Assembly (NCBI GenBank): GCA_030704615.1
Contig: CM060732.1
Coordinates: 13,082,001 to 13,146,000, forward strand
Origin: Takakia lepidozioides
Lineage: Eukaryota > Plantae > Bryophyta
Reading direction: 5' to 3'
DNA length: 64,000 nt
Each line of letters opens with the position of its first letter. Position 1 is the first letter of the stretch. The notes below the pieces were generated by a model that made no database searches, was not told the DNA's origin, and saw nothing but the letters and a program-made list of their open reading frames with translations. A program made the translations under genes and the position numbers. Positions 52,751-64,000 of this stretch are shown here, in pieces.

Positions 52751-54786
52751 AGACTGGCCTTCGGGATCGAGCTGTCTTTGCACTCCATGAGATTTACAGA
52801 TCACGTTCCCAGGTGGCCTCTTCATCTACAGATTTCTGACCTCCTCTCATACCATCTCCTTATTCCCATAATCACTGTCTGCTACGTTCCTACAGCAGAT
52901 ACACACACAGATTTCTCTAGACTTCTCTTTGATCCTCCCAACTCTTCTCTATCAAAAGCTTCTCAAAGGCTCCATCGTGCCTCGTTAAAAGCCCACCAGC
53001 CATCACATTCTGATGCGCTGCAATAACAGCGTAAAATCTCCAACTTCCTCCATCTCTCCACCCAATATCTCCTGCTAGATTCACACTGAACTCAATCACA
53101 TTTCTCACAAAAAAATGAGGGGAGTGTGTCTCTTCAATTCTCGCTTCAAGCTCGCCATCTCCATCCCCATTTACATCCACTCAGATCCGTCCTTTGTGTT
53201 CATTTCTTCATCCGGCGAGGTTCTAACTAGTAAAATAAAACACAAGCACTGCCCCTCTCACCCTTCCCCACCATTTCAAGGATTCTTCATGTCAGAGCTA
53301 CTCCTACAGTGGCGGTGTGATGGTCCATCAGTTATATGTTTTGTGGATGCTTAGCCCAGAAGTTAAACTTCAGCTCAGAAGGATTGAAAACATTGTGCAC
53401 CTTGCACCTGTGTTTCTCATAAACAGAAGGCAATCTCAAAATCCAATCCCTGGTCAGGCTAGCCCAAACTTATCCACCGCTATGAATTGTGCGAAGTAGC
53501 ACAAATCCCATTTCACAAGACTGTAGAAAGACTTTAGTGGCAAAGGATTCCATCTGGAGTGCCTTTGTGGCAAACAGACCACCAGGAATTATGGTACTAC
53601 AAGCCAACACATGCCCACATGCCAATCTCTCTCTACAGCACAAGGAACCAGATCAGTTCGATAGTCTTATTTCTACAAATGCATCTCCATGTACAGAATA
53701 AGATGGCATGCTCAAGGGGTCAGGCCCTTCCACAGTTAACAGTGGGTCTACCAGTGGGGGCTGCTGAAAGCTAGTCCAAAAAGTTCCCACCACCTTCATT
53801 ACACTTGCGGCTACATAATTTTACAGGTGTAACATGCACATTCCAAGTGGAATAGCACATGACTAAAGACAGCTCCTCATAGGGAAATTCATACGAAGAG
53901 GACATTGCCATGGCTTCATAATTTGATGCAAACCGCAGACCTTCACTTATAAGAGTTTATAGAAGAGATCTCCTATGGCAGCCGCATCCATGCAAGCACA
54001 CAATGCTTCCAACGCCAGCAGTAGTTTCTATGAGGTCAAGCCACTCATAAAAAGCAAACGGAACTTCAACAAGACTGATGAGATACTGCATTATACTTCT
54101 ACAACCTTGCGGATAAAATTGCCATGAGACTGACATTACTTATTCATCCAATCCAAGGTTCTAAGAAATCACCTGTGGAACAGCATTCTTGGCCAGAAAA
54201 CAATCCTACTCAATTCCTTCATATTTTGCAGCAATTGTATACACCCACCGCACCAAAGGAGACACTGGAGCAAGGGAAATCTCTCTCACTGCTTATCCCC
54301 GTGATTTTCCTCAAGAGTTTCTCACTACGATAAGTAAGGCACTGCACTTTGTAGAAACAATTCGATAGGAAACCCAGACAACAGACTGCCGGTACACCAT
54401 AAAGGCTACACTCAAAAGTTAGGAGAAATGCAACTGTTTATAGCTGCTCTTATAAACAAAAGACTGCCCTGGTTCAACATCTAAGGCCAGTGCTTTGTGA
54501 AGCATTAAAGTGTACCATTGACCAATCCACGTACTCAACGCCGAGACTGCCTTCTTTGTGACGAGGCAGATACTAGCTTTGCCAGAGGTCAATTAGGTTT
54601 CTTGTCCCAGGTTTCCTTCGGTATGCTGGGAAGCCAGGACACTGGCTTCCCAAAAAGAGACTCACCTGAGCTAATGAAAATCAAAGAAACAAACCTGTGC
54701 ACCAAAAGCTTTGTTCAGTCTTTGCATTAGTGATACCAACCTCCCAAAAACCTGGTGCAAAGGTCCAACAGGCTGGAGGTACCCCC

Positions 54787-57700
54787 CTATCGCACAGAGG
54801 CTTTCTGTTGGACAGGAACTGGGTGCTGTTGGACAGAAACTCCATGAGGTTGCTGTGGATGAAACTGCGGAGCCCTTGGGAGAGTTACCGAAACTGGGGA
54901 TTGTGCCAGAATCATTTCAGGGCCCACTGCCAGCTGGCCTTCTGGCAGCTGCTGTTCAACAGCTGGGATGGGATTTGGTTGGGCTTGAACAGACTGCAAG
55001 GGTGTTGCGTGAGCTGGTGCTTCACCCAGTTGGAAGCTAGCACCTCGTTTGCAGCCTTCGAAGAGATTTCCTCCACTATCCCTCCCTTCCTGTGAAGTTG
55101 GAGGATCAAATCGAGTCATTGAAGAGGTGATAGGGGTTGTCACTGCTGTCAACACTGACTCATCGGGAGGGCTTGCCAAGCCAGGTGGTTGCATCTGAGG
55201 CACAGGGTGAGGCGCATATGATGGCATGGAATCCATAGCTTCTGAACCAATCTGTGAAGGGGTGTTGTGTGGATCCTGCTGCAATGCAGATGACACCCCT
55301 TGAGGATCTACCCTTCCAGCATCACTTGCCTGGAATTGGGCCTTGTTGCTTTTGTCAGATGAAAGAGAAGTAATGTTGCCTGCAGGCTCTGGTGCATGAT
55401 GATTTATACCTGGCAACACAGCAACAGAAAAATTCACTTCCGCCGGTAAACTGATGGCTGGAACAGACCCTGCCGGGTTGCTTGTCACTGGCAATCCTTC
55501 TGCTGCACCTACAACTTCGGAATGTGATTGTGCTGAGCTTGATTGTGGAAAGCTGATCACGGCAGATGGCCCACCCAGTGGAAGCTCTGGGTTATAGTTC
55601 AGCACCATTCTCCCCACTTTAGCCTGCTCTTCAATCATCTTTTGTAGACTCTGGCCTTGAGCCTCTATGCGTAACTGCAGCTCTCGTTGAACCTGTCAAA
55701 ACATAACATCTTCTTAGACCATACCACAGATTTTTCAGGGTACTGAAACCCCCCCTTCAGCTGATCAAATTGCTGTGATGGAGAGATGTAGTCATGTAGA
55801 CAACAGATGCGAGGACTTCAACCCACAGACTTCATCATGACAGAAAGAAGGAAGCTTACAGCAGCCGAGAAGGAAGGAGTAAAACAATAACATCCCCAGA
55901 TTACAAGAGCCAAGGAACATGGTAGAACAAACCAAGACAAACCATAGTAAAGGAGACAGAGGGGACCTCAAGCTGCTCGTGTAACCGTTTCTGCACCTCC
56001 AGTTGAATTTGGAGCGCCTGAGTTAATTGCTGGCTCCTGCCGTTGCACCACTCAAAAAAAGTCATAGACTGACATTATGGAGACCTCACATACTGCATCG
56101 GCTGACAACTAAATCTTGGAGGACATGTGGAAAAGCAAACCGGGATCTATTGCTTTTAGGATCAAAAGAGAAGATTACTGGTAGACCAAAGACAAAGAAA
56201 GAGTGAAATGTCCATTGCCAAATCCTAAAACTACCCACCATTCTACAGCCAATTGTCCAGTTTAACTGCTGCTCATAAAGGGGGGAAGAGAAAGAAAGAC
56301 ATGGAAAGCAACTTCACAGGGTGCGCTGAGAACCCCTTGGACAAAGAAGAACAAAGTAAAGAGATACTCACGCATTTAGGTCCATCGGCGTAAGCATATT
56401 TTCATTTATTCTCCTTTCTGCTTTTGCTTCTACACAGACCACAAGCATGTCTGCTGTGTTAAGTACAGTCAGAAGGATTGTCATACACAGCTGACAGTTG
56501 CTGGTGAGTGACTGTATTTCATTTGTCAAAGATGGAAGATATAACAAAATGGCTGTAACTTGGACTTGGGCACTTTCAAAGCTTTACTTGCAGCATGTTT
56601 ATTTTGCTTCTTACCCACAAACGATGCCTCTGTTTAAAACCTTTGTTTGAAGTTTTGTATTAGTTCCATTGTTAGGGGTTTCAACATTTGTCCTGCTCTA
56701 AATGGAGTCCTCTAGAACAAGGTGAGAAGGTCTGACTCCAACCAAAGCAGCCATAACTTATGGTGTCACATCACCCTGATGGACTACTCCCTTCCATTTG
56801 GAAGGTGGACACCTTCTAACAGTCATAACCAGGCAACACGGTTGCCCAAACCTTCCCCAAGGACTCCAGAGTCCCTAGGTACCCACACATTAGTTGGCCA
56901 GTTGACACAGCGACACCCCTTCTATACTGGGTTAGATAACGCGTTCCATAACGCGTGACATCCAACATACACCTATCTGGCTTTGAACCCATGACTGCTT
57001 GTAAGCCAGCCTTGTGCACTAACCGCTGGGCCATCTGTTGGATGCTAGAGTCTCTACAGATATTACAACACTTCCATTCATTCTTTGCAATATTCTTCAT
57101 CAACCATCTTACAACTCTCACAAATATTGTGGTATCACAACCATGACAGGTTTTGTGTTTGTGTGTGTGTGTGTTTCCCAACCCTTGCCAAGAAAATCTA
57201 TCACAACTTCAAACTCTCTCTGCCAGCAAAAATTTTCCAATCCAAAGGCACGTGGACAGAGAATCAGCCTTGGCACCAGGATAATACCTTCTGATCTCTC
57301 GGGAATAAGCCGATACTTCTGTATCCACACAAACCACAATAACTCAAATTGGTGCAAACAAATACACTCCCCCCTTAAATCTCAGTGTCAACAAACTTGC
57401 GGCACAACTTGACAGCCCTATCTTTCTTGGGGACAAAAACTAGCATGACTACAGGTCAACACGCAGAGGTGAGACAACGAGTGCATGTCCAATTCAAAAC
57501 TGAATCCCCCTCTCATGAACAGCCTTTAATGCTTATGTCTTGCTCCTATAACTTTCTTGTTTCCTCTTCCCCAGTTTTTGTGCTCCGTCTGTCCAGTATT
57601 CACCATAGTCTCTGTCTGTTTTGAGGATCTCATTTGGAATTCTTTCATTCCACAGGCCCTCAACCCTCCTGCGTTTAACTCTCCTTATTAATTACATATG

Positions 57701-60700
57701 CACACAAGGGAACAACAATAGAATGACATGCCTGTAAATGGCTCTTGACATGAAAAATATTGATGCCTTGAACGCCCATTAAACGTAGCACCGCTTTTGG
57801 TGTTGCCCCTGACAGAAGAGAGAGATCCACATGTTTAATCCACATGTTTAATCATTATTACCGTCTCCTTGGCTGGGGGATTGAATGGGTAGAAACCTGG
57901 TTTACATTTTGTAATCTATACTCTACTTCCACCAAAAATGTGCACATATATAACAAAAAATCAGCATGTCAAGAAGTCCAACCATGTATGTGCCCATGTA
58001 CTTGATGTAAGCTAAATACACATTGGTGAAAATTCTAGCATGCCAAACTTCGTACATTCACAGAGAAATGCATATGAACCAGAGCAAACAGGCGACAGAT
58101 AAAAAGAATGAAAAAGGAAAGAAGCTCAAATCACCCACAAAAAGACCAAAAGCTTACGGGACAATAGCACATAACAAAAAGACAATCTTGGCAGAAAGGT
58201 GGAGGGAACAGAGAAAGGGCAAGTTACACACGTTCAGCCCCACCCATCCGAGTGACAGCATCCACAAAGCGCTCATGCAGCTCTGGTGTCCAACGCAACC
58301 GTGACTTGACAGACGCTGCCGCCGCCGCCGCCGCTGATGGCCCGGGGCTACCTGGAGATGCCACACCCACACCCAGGCCAACAAGTAAACCTTCAGAAAT
58401 TTATTGGTTGTGAAATTGGAACATTTGTAGGAATTGACCTCTGACTGAGGACAACAAATACCAAAAATAGGAGAGTAAGTACTGATAGAACATTATAAAT
58501 ACATCTCAGAGGACAAACAAGTGCCAACCTGAGGGTTGTTGGTCCGTAGGTAGGCCATTGTGAGGGGTTGGTGCAGTAACCAACGGTCCAAACCTTTGTT
58601 CTTGATGAAGTGTCTGCATCATAGATAGATTTAGCATTCTAAAGGTAGGATAAAGCTTTAGTTTCTTGTACACTTGTGTGGTAGATTAGAAGAACAGCAA
58701 ATATGCTTCCCCTTTCTCTCTGTGTCCTGCTTGTAGAGTGTAGCTCAGTACCTAGAAAATAGACATTAACCTTCAACAGCACCTATATCCCCGCTACAGT
58801 CTCAGTCCTGGATCCCTATGCACACCAAAGACTCTCGGGGGGGGGAAGGTGGGGGGAGAGAAGTAGAATAATGCAGGGCACTATAAACTCAAGGAGAGCA
58901 TGAGGAGAGTGTGATACTGAATGGACACATAAGGCCACTTTCAGAGGGATTTCATAATTAAGAAACTAATCTCAAACAGCAACTATGGCATCCCTTTATC
59001 TCTGTCCCATTTGCCTCTGCAAACCAAACACCCGCTCCCCGCTGGCTGGCCCACCACCTTCCCTTCTTCCATATGCTTCAGGCATAAAGACATACCCTCT
59101 CATCACCACTCTCGACATCAATGATTTCCGTCCAACAGTTTGCTGTGGAGTCTGCATCAGGTACTAGCTCAGTCCACTTCAGCCACTCAGATCCTCCTCC
59201 AAATACATCAGTGCTTAGCGGCTCCACCATCTGTGAAGAATCAGTTGCATCCCCATGTGAAGTGCGATCCGGAGAGTTCAACAATACCTGCAGCAGCCAC
59301 AGATGCAGTGAACAAAAGGGAAAGAAAATCCCACCAGCTACCAGTGCAGGGCTGGCAGCCTACTACGCGAGGCACTTTGCCTTCAGATATCTTTTTGATA
59401 CTTCTGACAGCTCATAGTCAGCATTAGGAGCTAGGTTTACACCCTGCAGTGAGTCAGTTCCCTCCCCCTCCCCTTCAGGAAAAGGAGCCACGTCCAGAAT
59501 ACCTAAGTTTCAGGAGTCACTGCAAAGTGAGGAGATAGGTGTTGACAGAAGCTCCTATTCATTCCTACCACCAAGCCCTACCTGTAAAGGAAATAAATGT
59601 AGGCACTACTCTTCGCGAACACACTTTCCCAGGGCAACAAAGAGCTAGAAAAATCACAAACCAGAAAACTCTATGACAGTTACAGAGAGATAGGGATATG
59701 CATTTACTGCAAGGTAGCGGACATCAAGGTATTCCCTTCTACAGCAAAGTACCTTTCCCGACAGAATCCCCACAGGATACTACACCTCCCAGAGATACTT
59801 GCTGCGTTTCAACCCACTAGCTATGCTACCACATCCCGCAGAATTCAGCTTTGCAACTACAAAAAGATTGAAGACGAATTAAAGAGCACACCTGTAGTCC
59901 AAAGTCAGACTCATCACTATCTTCAGTTTTTGGGGCGGCTTCCAATCCTGAAGTTGAGCAGAGCCCAGTAGAGCCAGCTTGGTTTGGTGGCCCATGATTC
60001 AACTCCTCAAAAGGGTGATGACTGGCTGCCTGGGGTCCCATCCCTGTGTATGGCAGAGAAAAAGGAGTGCCTCCGCCCAATTTTCCATGGTGCTTGCCCA
60101 TCTCCCTTGGTGGATGAAAAGACCCAGAAGTCCCTCGCACAAGGGGTTGTGGCTGGTTACCAGATGAACCAGGGATGGCCTCTGGAGGCCACTGTACACC
60201 GCTCTGTTGGGAGTTCGACCACTGGGGGCCCGCTTTCTGGTTGCCCGGCATCTGCACAGGGGCTCGATAAGAAGGGGATCCTTGATATTGGGGCTGCATT
60301 TGGTTATGGCCAACTCCAGGTATTGTCTGACCCAAATTTGCTGCGGGATCTTTCAGTGGCGAAGTAGGGACAGGGCCTCTAAAAGCTGGATGATGATGAG
60401 GCTGGTGAGTGGAGGTTTCATATTGAGCTTGACCCAGGTACGGCTGCTGGGTGTGGAGGTAAGGGGCGCCTCCCTGCTGGGTGGATGGCCACAGTGTGTC
60501 GGATTGCTGAGAGGTCGCCTGTTGTGGGTGGTGATATGGAGCTTGCGATGAGGCCGTCTGTTGCGCACTAGACCACTGGCCGGCAGTGCTTGCCAACGGG
60601 GGAGGGAGAACCGAGGAGAGCGCCACAGCCGACTGTGGCTGTACCTGTTGAGTGCCGGACTGCTGCACACCAACCTGCTGTGTCACCAATTGCTGGGGAA

Positions 60701-60944
60701 GGTAGTAGGGATGATGCTGGTGGCGCGGCATCGACTGTTGGTTCCCTCCCACGGATACTGGAAACGTTTTTCCATACGCCTGCGGAGGCAGAAAAGGTGG
60801 ACCTCCGCCATCCCCTTGCTGCTTCGGCTCTTGTTGAGCTGCGCCACTTGGTAGTGCTGTGGGCATCGACGCAGATTTCACTGTGCTCTGATGGCCTGTC
60901 TGATGGGGCTGCCAGCCCTCCACCCCCTGTCTGTTCATGAGCAT
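54787..60944 (-). CDS. PHR1-like MYB-CC (GARP) transcription factor, about 863 aa; exons 60944-59892, 59287-59096, 58613-58529, 58351-58232, 57808-57732, 57318-57288, 56429-56372, 56036-55967, 55692-54787
   Basis: KSRLRWTPELHERFVDAV..GGAERATPKAVL.LM....IFHVKSHLQKYRL and ALQIQLEVQKRLHEQLEVQRELQLRIEAQG. SEWLKW motif. All splice phases are consistent; total 2592 nt. Confidence 0.92.
56700..57045 (-). mobile_element. tRNA-derived SINE-like insertion in a MYB-CC intron; 3' end uncertain
   Basis: A box TGGCCCAGCGG (57033-57023) and B box GGTTCAAAGCC (56989-56979) at tRNA-like spacing. Confidence 0.5.
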
Positions 60945-62024
60945 CTACCACTGAAGACCTGAACGTGTCAGAGCACGCCCAAACCGGCACAAGCGCTGCC
61001 CCGGCTTTCTCGCACCACAACAACCCTGTTTGCATACCCTTTCTTCTTTGATGCTCTGCGTCTCTGCGCTAATAACCGTTGTGGATTGCCCCTACTCTCC
61101 GTCTCCTGTTCAAGAATCCACCTCCTGCAACCATTCCTCTCACATAGGTATCCCCTCTCTCCTCTTACGCAGCGCTGACGCTTCTCCCACTTACGTTACC
61201 TTTTCCCTGTCCGCATACACCTGTATATATATATATCTCTCTCTCTCGAATCCATCAATCGACCAAACACCTCACACGAAACCTTCAAGAATTGTCGACT
61301 CTCAATTCCTCCAAGCCACAACCCCTAAGAAATCCCACGCCCCCAAACCCTCACGCAGGGCCTGGAAGCGAAGCAATGGTATCCTTCCTTTTCTCTCTCT
61401 CTCTCTCTCGCTTCCCAAGTTTTGTCTGCAGGCCTACCACGGCAGTCCACTTTTACCGGCAGTTAAAGTAACCAGCGGGTTTACCATCGTCCCCGTACGC
61501 AGAATCTGGCGATACTATCACCTCCTTGGCGAAGCCACAAATTTTATTATCGCCAACTCCTCTCGCGCAATAGCTTTCCGCCAAATATCCCGCAAAACAG
61601 AACTGAATCTCCAGCCAATGTAATAGTTAATAATTAATATTATATAATTGTCTTCATAATCCACTCACGCAACTTGCATGACTGAAAATTGCACTGCTTC
61701 TCTACGTCAATAAATCTTAATAATATTAAATAAACTTACCTTTGGTGATTTGGACTTGTCGTTTAGCTAATTGTAGATCGGTTTTTCATCCATTAAATAA
61801 GCCGTGGATGGATGATAATAGATAAGGAATAGTTAAATATGATTTCTTCTTTTTTTATGCATTTGACTGGGAAATTGTCTCCAAATATAGACAACTGGCA
61901 CGAAAATGGTTGACAGATAAATAAAACACGTGGACTTCCCTCGTGTCTATCACCACCCTTGATTCTGACCAATAGCCTTCAGATTTCATCCGTCCAATAT
62001 TCATCCTGAGAATAACAACAATAA

Positions 62025-62575
62025 ATTATTCTTCTTGTAAAACCTCCCCTAGTCTATCTACAAGTGGACCCATGCCCGGACTTTAACTTTAGGGTGAGCC
62101 ATACATTTGGTAGTAGGGAGGTTGCCATCCATCCTCGCAGTTAAGTAAATTCGTTGCAGTGCCCTAGCTACAGACTTTATGTTTCCAAGTCACCACCTTC
62201 TTGACAACGGTGACACAGAGAGTTTTCCGGTCGAGCCGGCGTAACTAAGAGCCACTTCACCTTGCGGCTACGGCCCCTCTCTTTGGGAGATGGGCCCGAT
62301 AACGGTGACATATACAAAGTAGTGCCGGGATTGTGGGGCCATCAACCCCAAAGGTCACAGTCGTCAAACTTGCACCGTCGGTCGACCCCACAATTGGTAC
62401 ATTTTGTTAGAGTACCACCGCACCTCCTCATACCATCACATTTCTTATTTTCCTTCTGTTATTGGGCCGGGGGATTTGCTGTTTCCTCTACAACCACCCA
62501 ACCCCCATGTGGATTTGAACCCAGGGACGCCTGCTACTTATCAGTAAAAGTGGGCCAACTAGGCAGGCAAGGTGC
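62025..62575 (-). mobile_element. Possible second SINE-like element
   Basis: A-box-like TGCCTAGTTGG (~62560), B box GGTTCAAATCC (62521-62511), and an AAGAAGAATAA tail near 62030. Confidence 0.4.
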
Positions 62576-63625
62576 ACTTTTTGGGCTTGTCTTATGTGGG
62601 AGAACATGGGAGCCTTGGGTTGAAAGAGATATAGGTTGGTCCTTTGAGTGATGGAAGAGGTGTATGTAGGTGTTGCGGTCGTGATGGAAAAAGAGATATA
62701 TGTTGGTGTTGTGGTCCAATGGGGGACAGTAAAGAGATGAGCGGGCTTTCCCACCATCGCACATTCCCAGTACATTCGTTTTTTAGGGCTGCATTGCCCT
62801 AACAAGCCTCCTCCGCTTTGAGCGGCTTGTGTGCTGCGCGTCAACGTTGCGCCGCGCGCATCCAACTAAACTATGTTGTAGTGTGTACCATACCCAATGA
62901 TTTTGGGTCAACTAAATTGAAGAAATAAATAATATATATTTTATTACACAACCAAAATCCTGTGGTAAATGAGGTAAGGCATAACGAAGATTGGGATTGT
63001 AGCAACTTACATCCAAAATGGTGGCATGTGCAGAGGCGTTAAATTGCTGATGGTCGGAGGACGGAAAACATGTTATGTAATAGGGAACGGAATTTCTAGT
63101 GACTATTACATCAGGTTCGATGCCGGATCGGCCTCACGTCAGGTTCGCCGGCATCGAACCTGCTGTAATAGTCGAAATCCAGTTCCCTTGCATAAAAGAT
63201 TAGGGCTAAGTTCTAGTGACCTATTTCACTGTCATATTGCAGATTCGGAATGGGTCACTAGAATCATAAAGAGCAATTCCGTGAAATAATCAACCTCTAA
63301 GCAATGAAGGAATACTTAGCCCAAATCTTTTATGGATGAAATATATATTGTAATACTAGTTTACAACTTGAGTGCAACTTTCGCTGGTCGTTACTATAAA
63401 CAAACTATCTCACTAAACTGAACTATGTTTTTATAGGGGTAAGATGATTGTGAGGGCCGGGCGGCCTAGTGAACTTTCTAACGACAGTTCCGAATACCCA
63501 ATCCGCATAAAAGATGGAGATGGATTCAGAATATGTGTGGAAAATCGTCATTCCAAATTCAGAATATGTCACTTGAAATTACAGTCGGAAAGAAGCCACC
63601 TCTACAGAGTACAAATGCCTAGAGG

Positions 63626-63910
63626 CAGTGTTTTTAAGTCTGGCGAAATTTCGCACTTTTTCGACCTCCAAAAAACAAATCCGAATATTCTGTCATAAAT
63701 TCCCTATTTTCTCATGGATGAAATCGCCAAAATTCTCCAAAACAAATATAAATCTTGGATGAATTCGCCTAATGGATGATATGCATGGTTGAAAGTACAG
63801 CTGAGGATGATTCTGTCCAAATTTCAGTGGATGAACAGAAAATATGGCTAATTTCCTGCAAAACTCAGTAGCCACTCCTGTTATTTCCCAAATTTGAAAA
63901 AAAAACACTG
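63626..63910. mobile_element. hAT-type MITE
   Basis: TIRs CAGTGTTTTT / AAAAACACTG. Flanking direct repeat CTAGAGG(C) at 63619-63626 and 63911-63918. Confidence 0.8.
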
Positions 63911-64000
63911 CTAGAGGCATGCCCTATTTACTTTGTTTCAAACTTCTTACCTTTATCTCCGATTAACCTGTAATGAGTCGACATCGTCAAGACGCCACCT

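Noticed and set aside
59694-59701. P1BS-like GGATATGC in intron 1 of the MYB-CC gene
   Set aside because: A single degenerate 8-mer is expected by chance at this sequence length.
61030-61623. 197 aa ORF upstream of the TF gene
   Set aside because: Non-ATG start, antisense to the GA-rich 5' UTR/promoter region, and crosses microsatellites.

Overview
Eukaryotic, most likely moss (bryophyte) genomic DNA; the organism is inferred from the gene and TE families and is not proven. About 1-48 kb is a nested transposon stack. It holds a MULE-type transposase gene (GCM-like and SWIM domains), an intronless DUF155/RMND1 ORF, piggyBac MITEs and a decayed piggyBac, a CACTA-like end, and a dUTPase-carrying Gypsy element with an internal 4.2 kb inversion. 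It also holds two opposed Athila-like Gypsy copies with an env-like extra ORF, a PHD-finger Gypsy element and, most notably, a spliced but decayed beta-class (N4C/N6A) DNA amino-methyltransferase-like gene at about 37.1-39.1 kb. About 49-54 kb is probably a heavily decayed LINE. 54.8-60.9 kb is an intact 9-exon PHR1-like MYB-CC transcription factor gene with one GC-AG intron. The window ends with SINE- and MITE-like elements. All calls come from reading motifs by eye; no searches were run.
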